Source: Macrostomum lignano | Taxonomy: Eukaryota | Direction: 5' to 3' | Length of the DNA: 64,000 nt | Assembly (NCBI GenBank): GCA_002269645.1 | Contig: NIVC01000061.1 | Span: 124,001-188,000 of the forward strand | Shown here: positions 29,773-41,600 of the stretch, one piece after another | How positions within the stretch are numbered: the first letter of the stretch is position 1 | Layout: each line of letters starts with the position of its first letter | Made by a program: the position numbers and the translations under genes | Notes under the pieces: model-generated | The model's input: the letters and a program-made list of their open reading frames with translations, nothing else | What the model was told of the DNA's origin: nothing | Databases searched by the model: none

Positions 29773-31688
29773 TCAGCCGGACACAGTCTGCCGAATCCAG
29801 TCAATGAAGGCCTCGACCCGGATGTACACCGTCGGCTTGCGCGGCAAGGCGCAGCCGTCGCCCCAGCTGGTGACGCCGTGCAGCAGCCAGGAGGCGCCGC
29901 CGTCGCGGCAGACCAGCGGGCCGCCCGAGTAGCCCTTGCAGGCGTCGCCGCCGCCCAGCTCGTAGCCGGCGCACAGCACGCTGCCGGAGTCCACAGCGTC
30001 GCCATAGTGATCCTCGTCGCTGCACACGGAGGCCGGCACGATGGGCACCGCCACCTCCTGCAGGCTGATCGGCTGCTCAGCCTCCGACGCGTCCATTCGC
30101 GGCAGTCCCCAGCCGGTGACGGTGCAGACGGAGTCCCCCGAAGCGGCCGAGGCTGCCAAAGTCGCCGGCGCCACGGCCGAGCCGCTGAAATCCAGCGGCG
30201 ACTCCAGCAGCAGCAGGGCGAGGTCGGCCTCGAGGGTGCTGGCATTGTAGGCGGGGTGAATGACCACCTCGGCCAGCGCCCGCCGCTGCACCGCTGGCTC
30301 TGAGCAGTTGTGGCAGTGGCGCCCGGCGTCGACGGACCACATGGTTGGGTCCTCCGACTCGTTGAAGCAGTGCGCCGCGGTCAGCACCCAGCGCTCGGTG
30401 ATGACGGAGCCTCCGCAGTGGTGTCGGTCGCTGGAGTCCCTTAGCGACGCCATCCAGGGCCAGCTGTGCGGCGCCGCCTCTCTGCTGCGCTTGGGCAATG
30501 CGGGAGTCGAGTCCGCGACCGCCACATCCGCCTTTGCCGCTGCGGAGTCGGATTCTTCAGATTTGGGGGGTTTTAAGTGAATATGAAGATGGGGAACTTA
30601 TCTAACTGGCTGCATGCATGTTCTGCCGCCTCTCCTAATCGCATTTCACATTATCTTCTACTTGGCTTTTCCTATACTAACTCATATCTCCCTGACTCTC
30701 ATATCTTCCTGCTCACTCTCATATCTCCCTGCCCACTCTCATATCTCCCTGCCCACTCTCATATCTCCCTGCCCACTCTCATCACCCTGCCCACTCTCAT
30801 ATCTCCCTTCCCACTCTCATATCTCCCTGCCCACTCTCATATCTCCCTGCCCACTCTCATATCTCCCTGCCCACTCTCATATCTCCCTGACTCTCATATC
30901 TTCCTGCTCACTCTCATATCTCCCTGCCCACTCTCATATCTCCCTGCCCACTCTCATATCTCCCTGCCCACTCTCATATCTCCCTGCCCACTCTCATATC
31001 TCCCTACTCACTCTCATATCTCCCTGCCCACTCTCATATCTCCCTGCTCACTCTCATATCTCCCTTCCCACTCTCATATCTCCCTTCCCACTCTCATATC
31101 TCCCTGCCCACTCTCATATCTCCCTGCCCACTCTCATATCTCCCTTCCCACTCTCATATCTCCCTGCCCACTCTCATATCTCCCTGCCCACTCTCATATC
31201 TCCCTTCCCACTCTCATATCTCCCTGCCCACTCTCATATCTCCCTGCCCACTCTCATATCTCCCTGCCAACTCTCATATCTCCCTGCTCACTCTCATATC
31301 TCCCTACTCACTCTCATATCTGCCTGCCCACTCTCATATCTCCCTGCCCACTCTCATATCTCCCTGCCCACTCTCATATCTCCCTGCCCACTCTCATATC
31401 TCCCTGCCCACTCTCATATCTCCCTACTCACTCTCATATCTCCCTGCCTACTCTCACATCTCCCTGCCCACCCTCATATCTCCTTCCCTATTCTCTCATA
31501 TATTTTTTCTACTCTCCATTCATTCCAAATCTATTCTATATCAACTCATCCCATATTATTATCTTACCTGGCATGACTTTTGCCCTCGGTCTTATCATCA
31601 CGGCGGTCTGGCGGCCCAGCAGCTGAAGCAGCAGTCCTACAGTTGCTGCTGCAGCAAAGCAGAATAACAGAAACTTATTCAGCCGCAT
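29773..31688 (-). CDS. Secreted trypsin-like (S1A) serine protease, 2 exons, atypical activation region
   Basis: Exon 1 31688-31568 (signal-like MRLNKFLLFCFAAAATVGLLLQLLG), phase-1 intron, exon 2 30539-29773. Motifs CGGSVI, LTAAHC, ADLALL, TGWG, DACKGYSGGPLVC, GVTSWG. Confidence 0.88.
30690..31490. repeat. 20-bp minisatellite (CCACTCTCATATCTCCCTGC) in protease intron
   Basis: Visible. Confidence 0.97.
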
Positions 31689-31964
31689 CGCTTGCTCAAG
31701 AAGTGGCAAAATAAATTGCTCAAAGTTTGAAAATCTGCTGAATTCACAGCTTTAGCATTAAATATGTTGTTGGGTCAGCAGCCTCGCAAATCACCTGGCA
31801 CCAAGTCAGAGCAATCGTGCAGTCAATTAATAATTACGTTATATAATGAAGGCACAGAGGGCTCTCAGAGCCAATTAAAACTGAATTTTGCGTCGTGTTT
31901 TGCGTCAGGTTCACTGAGCAGGATAGAACCGCCTGCAGGTGCCACGATATTAATTGGGATTTTT

Positions 31965-32620
31965 TGGCGCCCCTAGAGATTCATTTTGGCGCACCTTGAG
32001 ATTCATTTTGGCGCCCCTAGACATTCAGTTTGGCGCCACTAGAGATTCAGTTTGGCGCCCCTAGACATTCAGTTTGGCGCCACTAGAGATTCAGTTTGGC
32101 GCCCCTAGAAATTCATTTTGGCGCCTCTAGAGATTCAATTTGGCGCCCCTAGAGATTCATTTTGGCGCACCTAGAGATTCATTTTGGCGCCCCTAGACAT
32201 TCAGTTTGGCGCCACTAGAGATTCAGTTTGGCACCCCTAGAAATTCATTTTGGCGCCTCTAGAGATTCAATTTGGCGCCTCTAGAGATTCAATTTGGCGC
32301 CTCTAGAGAATCATTGGCGACTCTAGAGATTCATTTTGGCGCACCTAGAGATTCAATTTGGCGCCTCTAGAGAATCATTGGCGACTCTAGAGATTCAGTT
32401 TGGCCCCTAGAGATTCAGTTTTGCGCCCCCAGAGAATCATTTTGGCGCCCCAAAGATTATTTTGGCGCCACTGGAGAATCATTGGCGCCTCTAGAGTTCA
32501 TTTTGGCGCCCCTAGAAAATTATTGGCGCCTCTAGAGATTCATTTTGGCCCCCCTAGAAATTCATTTTGGCGCCTCTAGAGATTAATTTTGGCGCCTCTA
32601 GAGAATCATTTTGGCGCCAC
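31965..32620. repeat. 22-bp minisatellite (CTAGAGATTCATTTTGGCGCCC)
   Basis: Visible. Confidence 0.93.
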
Positions 32621-32722
32621 TATTGATTTCACTGATAAATCCCCTACAGTGACTCCCCCTGTGATTCATGGTGGCGCCCCAGACAGCAGCCAAGAGTTCC
32701 AGCTGTACTCTTATCTCGGAGC

Positions 32723-34515
32723 TCAGGCCTCTTCCCCGGCCTGGACCCGCCGGACCCAGTCCAGGTGCGCGGACACCCTGGTGAACAGGCCTGGCCTGGG
32801 GGACCTGGTGCACAGGTCAGTCCAGCTGTTGACTCCCAGCAGCTGCCAGAGCCGCAGGGCCGGGCGCCAGCAGACCAGCGGCTGGCCGCCGTCTCCCTGG
32901 CACCGCGGACTGCCCGCCTGGCCCCAGCCGGCGCATATCGAAGCGTCCGTGACGACGTCGCCGTGTTGAAGCTGGTTGCTGCAAAGCCAATTCGGCACGA
33001 TCGGCAGCAGCACCTGCTGGAGTCGTGGCGAGTCGCCGACGCCGCTGCTGCTGAGGTCGCCCCAGGCGGTGGCGAAGCAGGCGGCGCCGTCCAGCTGGGC
33101 GTCGGCATCGGCGCTGCCTGCTGACAGGCAGGCCGGGGCCACGCGCGAGCCGCCGAACTCCAGAGGCCAGTCGAGTCGCAGCAGGGCGAGGTCGTCGCGG
33201 CCGCTGCTGGAGTTGTAGCCGGGGTGGCGGGCGATCCTCGCCACTCGGCGCCGCTGCAGCAGCGAGCCAGCTTCGCCCTGCTCCGGCGGGCAGTCGCGGC
33301 AGTGCCGGCCGGCGTCGACTCGCCAGTCTGCCGGCGTCGGGCTGAGATCGGCGCACCTGGCCGAGGTGAGCACCCAGTCGGAGCTGAGGATGGCGCCGCT
33401 GCACCTGTGATGGCCGCGCAGTCGCAACGACGCCACCCAGGGCCAGCTGTGCGGCGCCGCCTCGGCGATGACGTTGGGAGCGCCGGCGCCGCGGATGTCC
33501 GGCTGAGTGTCGGGGCGACCGCAGCCGGCTGGAGCTGCTGGAATTGATGAAGAACAATGTCACTCTTGATAGCACCATGTCACTCTTGGTAGCATCATGT
33601 CACTCTTGGTAGCATCATGTCACTCTTGGTAGCATCATGTCACTCTTGGTAGCATCATGTCACTCTTGGTAGCATCATGTCACTCTTGGTAGCATCATGT
33701 CACTCTTGGTAGCATCATGTCACTCTTGGTAGCATCATGTCACTCTTGGTAGCATCATGTCACTCTTGGTAGTATCATGTCATTCTGGAAGCATTGTGTC
33801 ACTCTTGGTAGCATCATGTCACTCTTGGTAGTATCTTGTCACTCTTGGTAGCGTCATGTCACTCTTGGTAGCATCATGTCACTCTTGGTAGCATCATGTC
33901 ACTCTTGGTAGTATCTTGTCACTCTTGGTAGCGTCATGTCACTCTTGGTAGCATCATGTCACTCTTGGTAGCATCATGTCACTCTTGGTAGCATCATGTC
34001 ACTCTTGGTAGTATCATGTCACTCTGGTAGCATTGTGTCACTCTTGGTAGCATCATGTCACTCTTGGTAGTATCATGTCACTCTGGTAGCATTGTGTCAC
34101 TTTTGGTAGCATCATGTCACTCTTGGTAGCATCAGGTCACTCTGGTAGCATTGTGTCACTCTTGGTAGCATCATGTCACTCTTGGTAGCATTGTGTCACT
34201 CTTGGTAGTATCATGTCACTCTGGTAGCATTGTGTCACTCTTGGTAGCATCATGTCACTCTTGGTAGCATCATGTCACTCTTGGTAGCATTGTGTCACTC
34301 TTGGTAGCGTCATGTCACTCTGGTAGCATTGTATCACACTACGGATACCAATGTCACTCTAATAACAATGTATAAACCAGTGACAGTCTTTAAAAATTGA
34401 AGAACCCTATCTCACCTGCTGTTCCTTCTGTAGTCACAGAGTTCGCCAGAACCAATCGGCTGACAAGACGAAGCGCCAGCAGCAGCACAGCCTCTTTACA
34501 AAATATTTTGCTCAT
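32723..34515 (-). CDS. Serine protease homolog (non-catalytic S1A fold), 2 exons
   Basis: Exon 1 34515-34416 (signal-like), phase-1 intron, exon 2 33537-32723. Catalytic His replaced (LTSARC) and Ser replaced (GDGGQP); Asp retained (DDLALL). Confidence 0.85.
33565..34330. repeat. 20-bp minisatellite (GTCACTCTTGGTAGCATCAT) in protease-homolog intron
   Basis: Visible. Confidence 0.97.
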
Positions 34516-34769
34516 TGCAGTTAGCGAGCTCAAATCAAAATTAAACTTCCTTGGCCAATCTGACTGGCGGACTTATGCTTTTAAACCCAGACTATAATAA
34601 ACAAAACGTATTACGTAACTTTTTTCGAGGCAATATTTAACCTCAAGAAGTTCGCTGCAAATTTCAAAACTCGTCACGTGACTGCAACATTAGCTGGCAC
34701 GCTGCTCAAGTGATAATTTTCCACTCATTGTGAATCAGACTTTTAAATAGGTTTTCGTAACACTTACTG

Positions 34770-35240
34770 ACCTCTGTCAGCTCAGCCATCCACTCTGTCA
34801 GCTCCATCATCCACTCTGTCAGCTCAGTCATCCACTCTGTCAGCTCCATCATCCACTCTGTCAGCTCAGCCATCCACTCTGTCAGCTCAGCCATCCACTC
34901 TGTCAGCTCCATCATCCACTCTGTCAGCTCCATCATCCACTCTGTCAGCTCAGCCATCCACTCTGTCAGCTCAGTCATCCACTCTGTCAGCTCAGCCATC
35001 CACTCTGTCAGCTCAGCCATCCACTCTGTCAGCTCAGCCATCCACTCTGTCAGCTCCATCATTCACTCTGTCAGCTCAGTCATCCACTCTGTCAGCTCAG
35101 TCATCTACTCTGTCAGCTCAGTCATCTACTCTGTCAGCTCAATCATCCACTCTGTCAGCTCCATCGTCCACTCTGTCAGCTCCATCATTCACTCTGTCAG
35201 CTCAGTCATCCACTCTGTCAGCTCCATCATCCACTCTGTC
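34770..35240. repeat. 21-bp minisatellite (CAGCTCAGTCATCCACTCTGT)
   Basis: Visible. Confidence 0.95.
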
Positions 35241-35622
35241 ACTCTTGTCAACTTAGAATAAAAGGCAAGCTCAGTTAAGTACTCGCACCTGACTACTCCG
35301 TTCAATGTCAGTAGCAGGTCTTTTTTTAACGGTTAAATATTTATTGATAATCAATACACAAAGTAACTCTACATCTAAAAATCAAAGATTAAAACATTTT
35401 ACAGGTGAGGAAAAAGTAAATACATGCTTTAGGATTACAAAGTTTATTTATTGTTAAAAACTTATCACAGCTGTTGTCTCTCTGTATGAGACTTGAAATC
35501 TTCCATGCGGTAATTCTTCGACTTTTACTTAAGAAACCTGACAGCATAGTAAAGTAATTATGTGTTAGTTTTTTATTCAAATTTCAATTTCCGAGAAATT
35601 TGTTTGATAGAAAAGAACCGCA

Positions 35623-38600
35623 TCACTGATCGTATATGTCCGCTTCATACAGGTTGTACACCAGCTGCAGTGCGGGGGTGAGATGGAGGGCGGTGTCAGT
35701 CTCTCCCCTCCTGCTCTCTCCCCTCCCACTCTCTCCCCTCCTGCTCTCTCCCCTCCCACTCTCTCCCCTTCTGCTCTCTCCCCTCCCACTCTCTCCCCTC
35801 CTGCTCTCTCCCCTCCCACTCTCACCCCTCCCACTCTCTCCCCTCCCACTCTCTCCCCTCCCACTCTCTCCCCTCCTGTTCTCTTCCCTCCCACTCTCTC
35901 CCCTCCTGTTCTCTTCCCTCCCACTCTCTCCCCTCCCACTCTCTTCCCTCCCACTCTCTCCCCTCCCACTCTCTCTCCTCCCACTCTCTTCCCTCCCACT
36001 CTCTCCCCTCCCACTCTCTTCCCTCCCACTCTCTTCCCTCCCACTCTCTCCCCTCCCACTCTCTCCCCTCCCACTCTCTCCCCTCCCACTCTCTCCCCTC
36101 CCACTCTCTCCCCTCCCACTCTCTCCCCTCCCACTCTCTCCCCTCCCACTCTCTCCCCTCCCGCTCTCCCCTCATTCCCAGATATCGCCAGCAGAGTCTA
36201 AAGCATCTCCAACTCACCGATTTGAACTTCTTCACCATCATCTCAACGAAACTGGCCACCTCCTTGCCGGGCGGTATCATGTCCTTCAGCATGGTGCCTT
36301 GTACCTCCTGCTTGTAGTTGGCCTGCAGGTTCTCCGGGATGAAGTCCTGGTTGATGACGATCAGCTCGTCATCCGTGACGGCCGTCAGCTCCTCCTCCCG
36401 GCGGCCGTCGCACAGCTTCACCAGCACGGAAGCGCCGTTGATGAGGTTCAGGTAGCCCTGTGACACGCCTGCCTGCATGAAGTCCACCAGCCGCATCCGG
36501 GTGAGCTGCTGCAGCAGGCCCTGACTCGGGCTGCCGATGAAGAGCGGCAGCTGGTAGGTGTCGGTGTACACAAACCCGTTCTCGAACACCTGCATGGCAG
36601 TCCAGGCCTGGTCAAGCAGTGAGTACTGGTAGCCCTGCTTAGTGGCCGTGACCGCAATCTCCTGCAGGTGGATGACCACCGTCATGTTCCGGTGGTAGGT
36701 GCGGTTCCGGAAGTGCTGCAATCGGGGGGGGGGCGGTGGTTTGCGGTTCGCTTCCTGAAGAAATTCCTGAAGAATTTAAGTTGTAGAGTGTTCTACCTCC
36801 CGTAAGAAGACATAAAAGTGTTAATGTACTACTCACACATTTTATTTAGTAGTAAATTGAAGAGCATGAATAAAGGTATGCTTTGAACTATAAGTATATT
36901 CGGACTAACCAATAGGAAGAGAGACCTCGAGCATGCTAATTTTAGAAATCACCCAATCACGTGCGACCAACAACTGTCAATTCAAACCCCACCTTCAAGT
37001 CATCATTTGGTTTGCACTCGGGTTGCACCCGGATGAACCAATCAAAGTCTACCAGCTACGGTAACCAATCATGCGCTTTTACAGTAGACTAGTTGCGCAA
37101 CTTTCTACCCTGTCATGCTTGACAGCCACCGAATCGTGACCCTTTGACATTTGCGAAGACAGTGATGTACGACCTCGAGAGAGGTCTGAACGCCTATAAA
37201 TACAAGTGGTCCGGAACGGACCCGGAGCCACAATTCCTCCGGAAGGAGAAGAGCTCCGAAGAGGAAGCCACTACAGGACTTCCTACAGAAGACTCGTCGA
37301 GTTCTTGCGGTAAGCCTTACTCATTTGCGCCTGTGTTTTGAGACGTCTCGTTGGAGTTTAGTTTGAGTCTGTTGAGACTCCTGAGTCTGTCTAGACTCTA
37401 CTGGTTGCAGTCTCCAGAAGGACTGCCCCTGATAGATCTTAGAAGACTATCAGTGGTTTCCGGAGCTATACCTAGAGTGCATAGAGGCACTGCTAGAAGG
37501 AGTAGGCTTATGTTAAACCGCAGTTTGGCGCAGGGTACCCGTTGTTAACTTGCAAGCTTCCGATTGGTCCGAACTACAGATAACCGGCCGGCAAGAAGTC
37601 AAGGAGACAATTGCAAGAGCGGACCAGATCAACTGTTGACCGGCGCCCGGAATTCCTGAAGGACAGGAACGCTACTGATAGCGAGATCAACGAACAAGGA
37701 GTGTTGACGAGAGCTCTCAGTTAAGGACTCAAGGTAATTGAATACCTTCTGTTGACGTACTGGGTTGCCTAGCTACTGAGCTAGAAGTGAGTGTTCTTTG
37801 ATTACCAAAAGTCGGGTAATAAGGAACACATCAAAGTTAGAAAGTGGTTGCTAAGGCGAACTATGCGGTGGTTGCTAGGGAGGAATACGCTCGTATGCAG
37901 TTGGTTGCTAAGGAGGATTGTGTGTTGTTTTCTAGAGCCGAAAATAATGTCGGTTGCTAGAGGACTATGTTTTGGTTGCTAGGGGGACTATGTGTTGGTT
38001 GCTAGGGAGTACTATGCGTTGGTTGCTAGGGAGTACTATGCGTTGGTTGCTAGGGCGAACTACTAGTATGCAGTCGGTTGCTAGGGAGGACTATGCGGTG
38101 GTTGCTATAGCAAACTGTACATATACAATCGTTACTATGGGGAATTCGATCCATTGCTGGGGAGAAATAAATAGTTGCCAAGAAAGAACCTGCAAAGTTA
38201 AAGCATAGTTGCTGAGAGGAATTTCGCCTGGTCGATAGTCGCCAAGGCGAGGCTGCTCACATGCCAGTCCATATTGAAGATCGGGCTCTTGTTGGTGCTG
38301 GTCAAGTCCAGGTTGTCGGTGAAGGCGGGCTTGTCGTAGGCGGCATGCGGTCGGCCCAGGTAGAAGGCGCCGGGCGGGTTGAGGCAGAAATGCGCCAGGG
38401 TGAAATTGTGCCACGGCAGGTTGACGCAGCCGTCTACAATCAGCTTGAATCCGTGATGCGGCACGTACTGCGACAGGTAGTTCACGTTCAGCGGCTTGTA
38501 CTTCATGTCGAACTGCTTGGTGAGCACGTTGGCAACAAAAAGCTCGCTCTCCTTCACGGTCTCGAGCTTCCGGCCGGCAATCTCGGACATGATCTCTCGG

Positions 38601-41600
38601 ACGGTGGTCTTCGGCCGCCGAGAGTGGGCGTGAAGGATCTTGGACTCGCCGATGCTGGGCTTGCAGGTGAGGCTGTAGTACACCCGGTCTGAGTAGTACG
38701 GCTTCTGCTTCTGCAGGCCCAGACGGCGCCAGTCGTACTCGGGAACTTGCTGCTGCTGCAGGGTGGCACCGGAAGTGACATTTTGTGTTTGGAATTCGAA
38801 GGGAATATTTAGAATCGAAACCGAAAGTGAACATGAAGAATGGAAACCAGAAGTGAACATGTGGAATGGAAACCGGAAGTCCAAATCCATGGAATGGAAA
38901 CCGGAAGTGAAAATATGGAATGGAAACCGGAAGTAAGCATGTAGAATGGAAACCGGAAGTGAAAATCTATGAATTGGGAACCGAAAGTAAACATTTAGAA
39001 TGGAAACCGGCAGTAAGAATGTAGAATGGAAACCTGAAGTAAGCATGTAGGATGGAAACCGGAAGTGAAAATCCTTGGAATGGAAACCGGAAGTGAACAT
39101 GTGGAATGGAAACAGGAATTGAACATGTGGAATGGAAACCAGAAGTGAACATTTAGAATGGAAACCGGAAGTAACATGTAGAATGGAAACCGGAAGTGAA
39201 CATATGGAATGGAAACCGGAAGTGAACATGTAGAATGGAAACCGGAAGTAAAAGCCATGGAATGGAAACCGGAAGTGATCATGTAGAATGGAAACCGGAA
39301 GTAAAAGCCATGGAATGGAAACCGGAAGTGATCATGTAGAATGGAAACCGGAAGTAAAAGCCATGGAATGGAAACCGGAAGTGAACATGTGGGACTGAAA
39401 CGGAAAGAACGTGAGTGCAAGATTTATTAAGTAAACTGCTTAGCAAATCTCCCAACAGCACGCAGATCCTCACACTAAGCGGCTTCCCATCGTGCCCGAC
39501 GGGCGCCTTGTACAGACGCACCAGCACTGTGGCGCCCATCACTGGGCGCAGCCTCCTACGCCTCATCAAGTCCTCGGTAAGCGGCTCCTTGCCGGAAGGT
39601 CCTTCGCGATAAATTCGCAGCTGATGACAGCCTTCGTTGAGCGCGATCTGGGATTCGAGTAGGGTGAAGTTGGCTGCTCAGTGCTCCGAGTTATATCGAG
39701 ATGGTTGGAGTGGACTGTAATTGGTTAGAGTAGGCTGCAGTGGGTTGGAGTAGGTTGGAGTAGGTTGGAGTAGGTTGGAGTAGGCTGTAGTGGGTTGGAG
39801 TAGGTTGGAGTGAGTTGGAGTAGGTTGGGGTAGGTTGGAGTAGGTTGGAGTAGGTTAGAGTAGGTTGGAGTAGTTTGGAGTGAGTTAGAGTAGGTTAGAG
39901 TGAGTTAGAGTAGGTTGGAGTGAGTTGAAGTAGGTTGGAGTAGGTTGGAGTAGGTTGTAGTAGATCAGAGTAGATTAGAGTAGGTTGGAGTAGGTCAGAG
40001 TAGATTAGAGTGGGTTGGAGTAGGTCAGAGTAGATTAGAGTAGGTTGGAGTAGATTAGACTCACCTGCACTCCCGTGGCGTCAGTCTGGGGCTGTTTTTC
40101 AGTCCCGATGTCCAAGAAAATATTCAGCGCCGAGAAACCCACCAGCACCAGCTTCTTCGAGAACCTGTCGATGGTGTACAGCTTCATGAGCAGGGTCGCC
40201 GACGGCGGCAAGTCGGGCTCGCGAATCTCTTGCCGATGGTCGAATTCCGGGTTGTAGATGTCGGAGTCCAGGCTGGCCATGCAGGAGATCTCATTGCCGA
40301 TGGCCTGGTAGCGCCGAGTGAGCAGTCGCGACCGGATCTTCGTGATGGTGACGGTGTCCGGCAGGAAGCGGCACCCGTCCAGGTACAGGTCGAAACCGTC
40401 CGAGGCGTGAAACGGGTCGAGCGGTGGCCGGCGGCGCTCAAGCGGAATCCAGGACAGCGGCGGCGGGTTGTCCTCCTGACCTGGAGGCGGGGGACGAGGC
40501 GGGGAGGTGTACTTTTATCGAAGCCCGCTGAGGCTCTGGGAGATGATAGGGGCAGACTTAAGTACATGTGAGTCAGGGTAGATTCAGGTAATTGGGGAGG
40601 GCATTCAGGTATATTACTAATCAGATTTATATAGATTCATGCTTGAATCAGGTACATCATATGGCAAATTCGGTAGATCGGGGCAGATTCGGTAGATCGG
40701 GGCAGATTCGGGTAGATCGGGGGGGCAGATTCGGGTAGATCGGGGGCAGATTCGGGTAGATCGGGGGGGCGATTCGGTAGATCAGGGGATGGCGATTCGG
40801 TAGTTCGGGGCAGATTCGGTAAATCGGGGGCAGATTCGGTAGATCGGAGGGGCAGATTCGGGTAGATCGGGGTGGGGCAGATTCGGGTAGATCGGGGGGG
40901 GGCAGATTCGGTAGATCGGGTGGGGGCAGATTCGGGTAGATCGGGGGCAGATTCGGTAAATCGGGTGGGGGCAGATTCGGTAGATCGGGGGAGGGGCAGA
41001 TTCGGTAGATCGGAGGGGGGCAGATTCGGTAGATCGGGGGGCAGATTCGGTAGATCGGGGGCAGATTCGGTATATCGGGTGGGGGCAGATTCGGTAGATC
41101 GGGGGCAGATTCGGGTAGATCGGGTGGGGGCAGATTCAGGTAGATCGGGGGGGGGGCAGATTCGTTAGATCGGGTGGGGGCAGATTCGGTAGATCGGGTG
41201 GGGGCAGATTCACGAAACCGACACTCCTAATCGACGCACCCTCATCCGAGTCGTCGGAGGGCGTGAGCGACCTGGCCCGCTGGTAGGGGTGGAAGATGTG
41301 CAGGCGCACGGAGGCCCGGCCGTACGGCCTGTAGCCCACTGGCACCCAGCCGTGCTCGAAGGCCACCCGCTGCGGGTCGATGACGGGCGGCTCGAACAGC
41401 GGCAGCTCGTGGGTGCCCTTGTTGACCCGCACCATGCGGAGGTCGTAGCGGGAGTCGGCGTAGCGGCCGTGCAGGGAGGTCCGGTTGACCCGTGGCACCA
41501 CCAGCGGCATGGCGGCCCAGGCGACAACGTTGTCGTCGGACAGGGCGACCGTCGGAGGCTTCACCACCAGCGGGTTGTCGGGGTCGAAGTCTTCGCCGCC

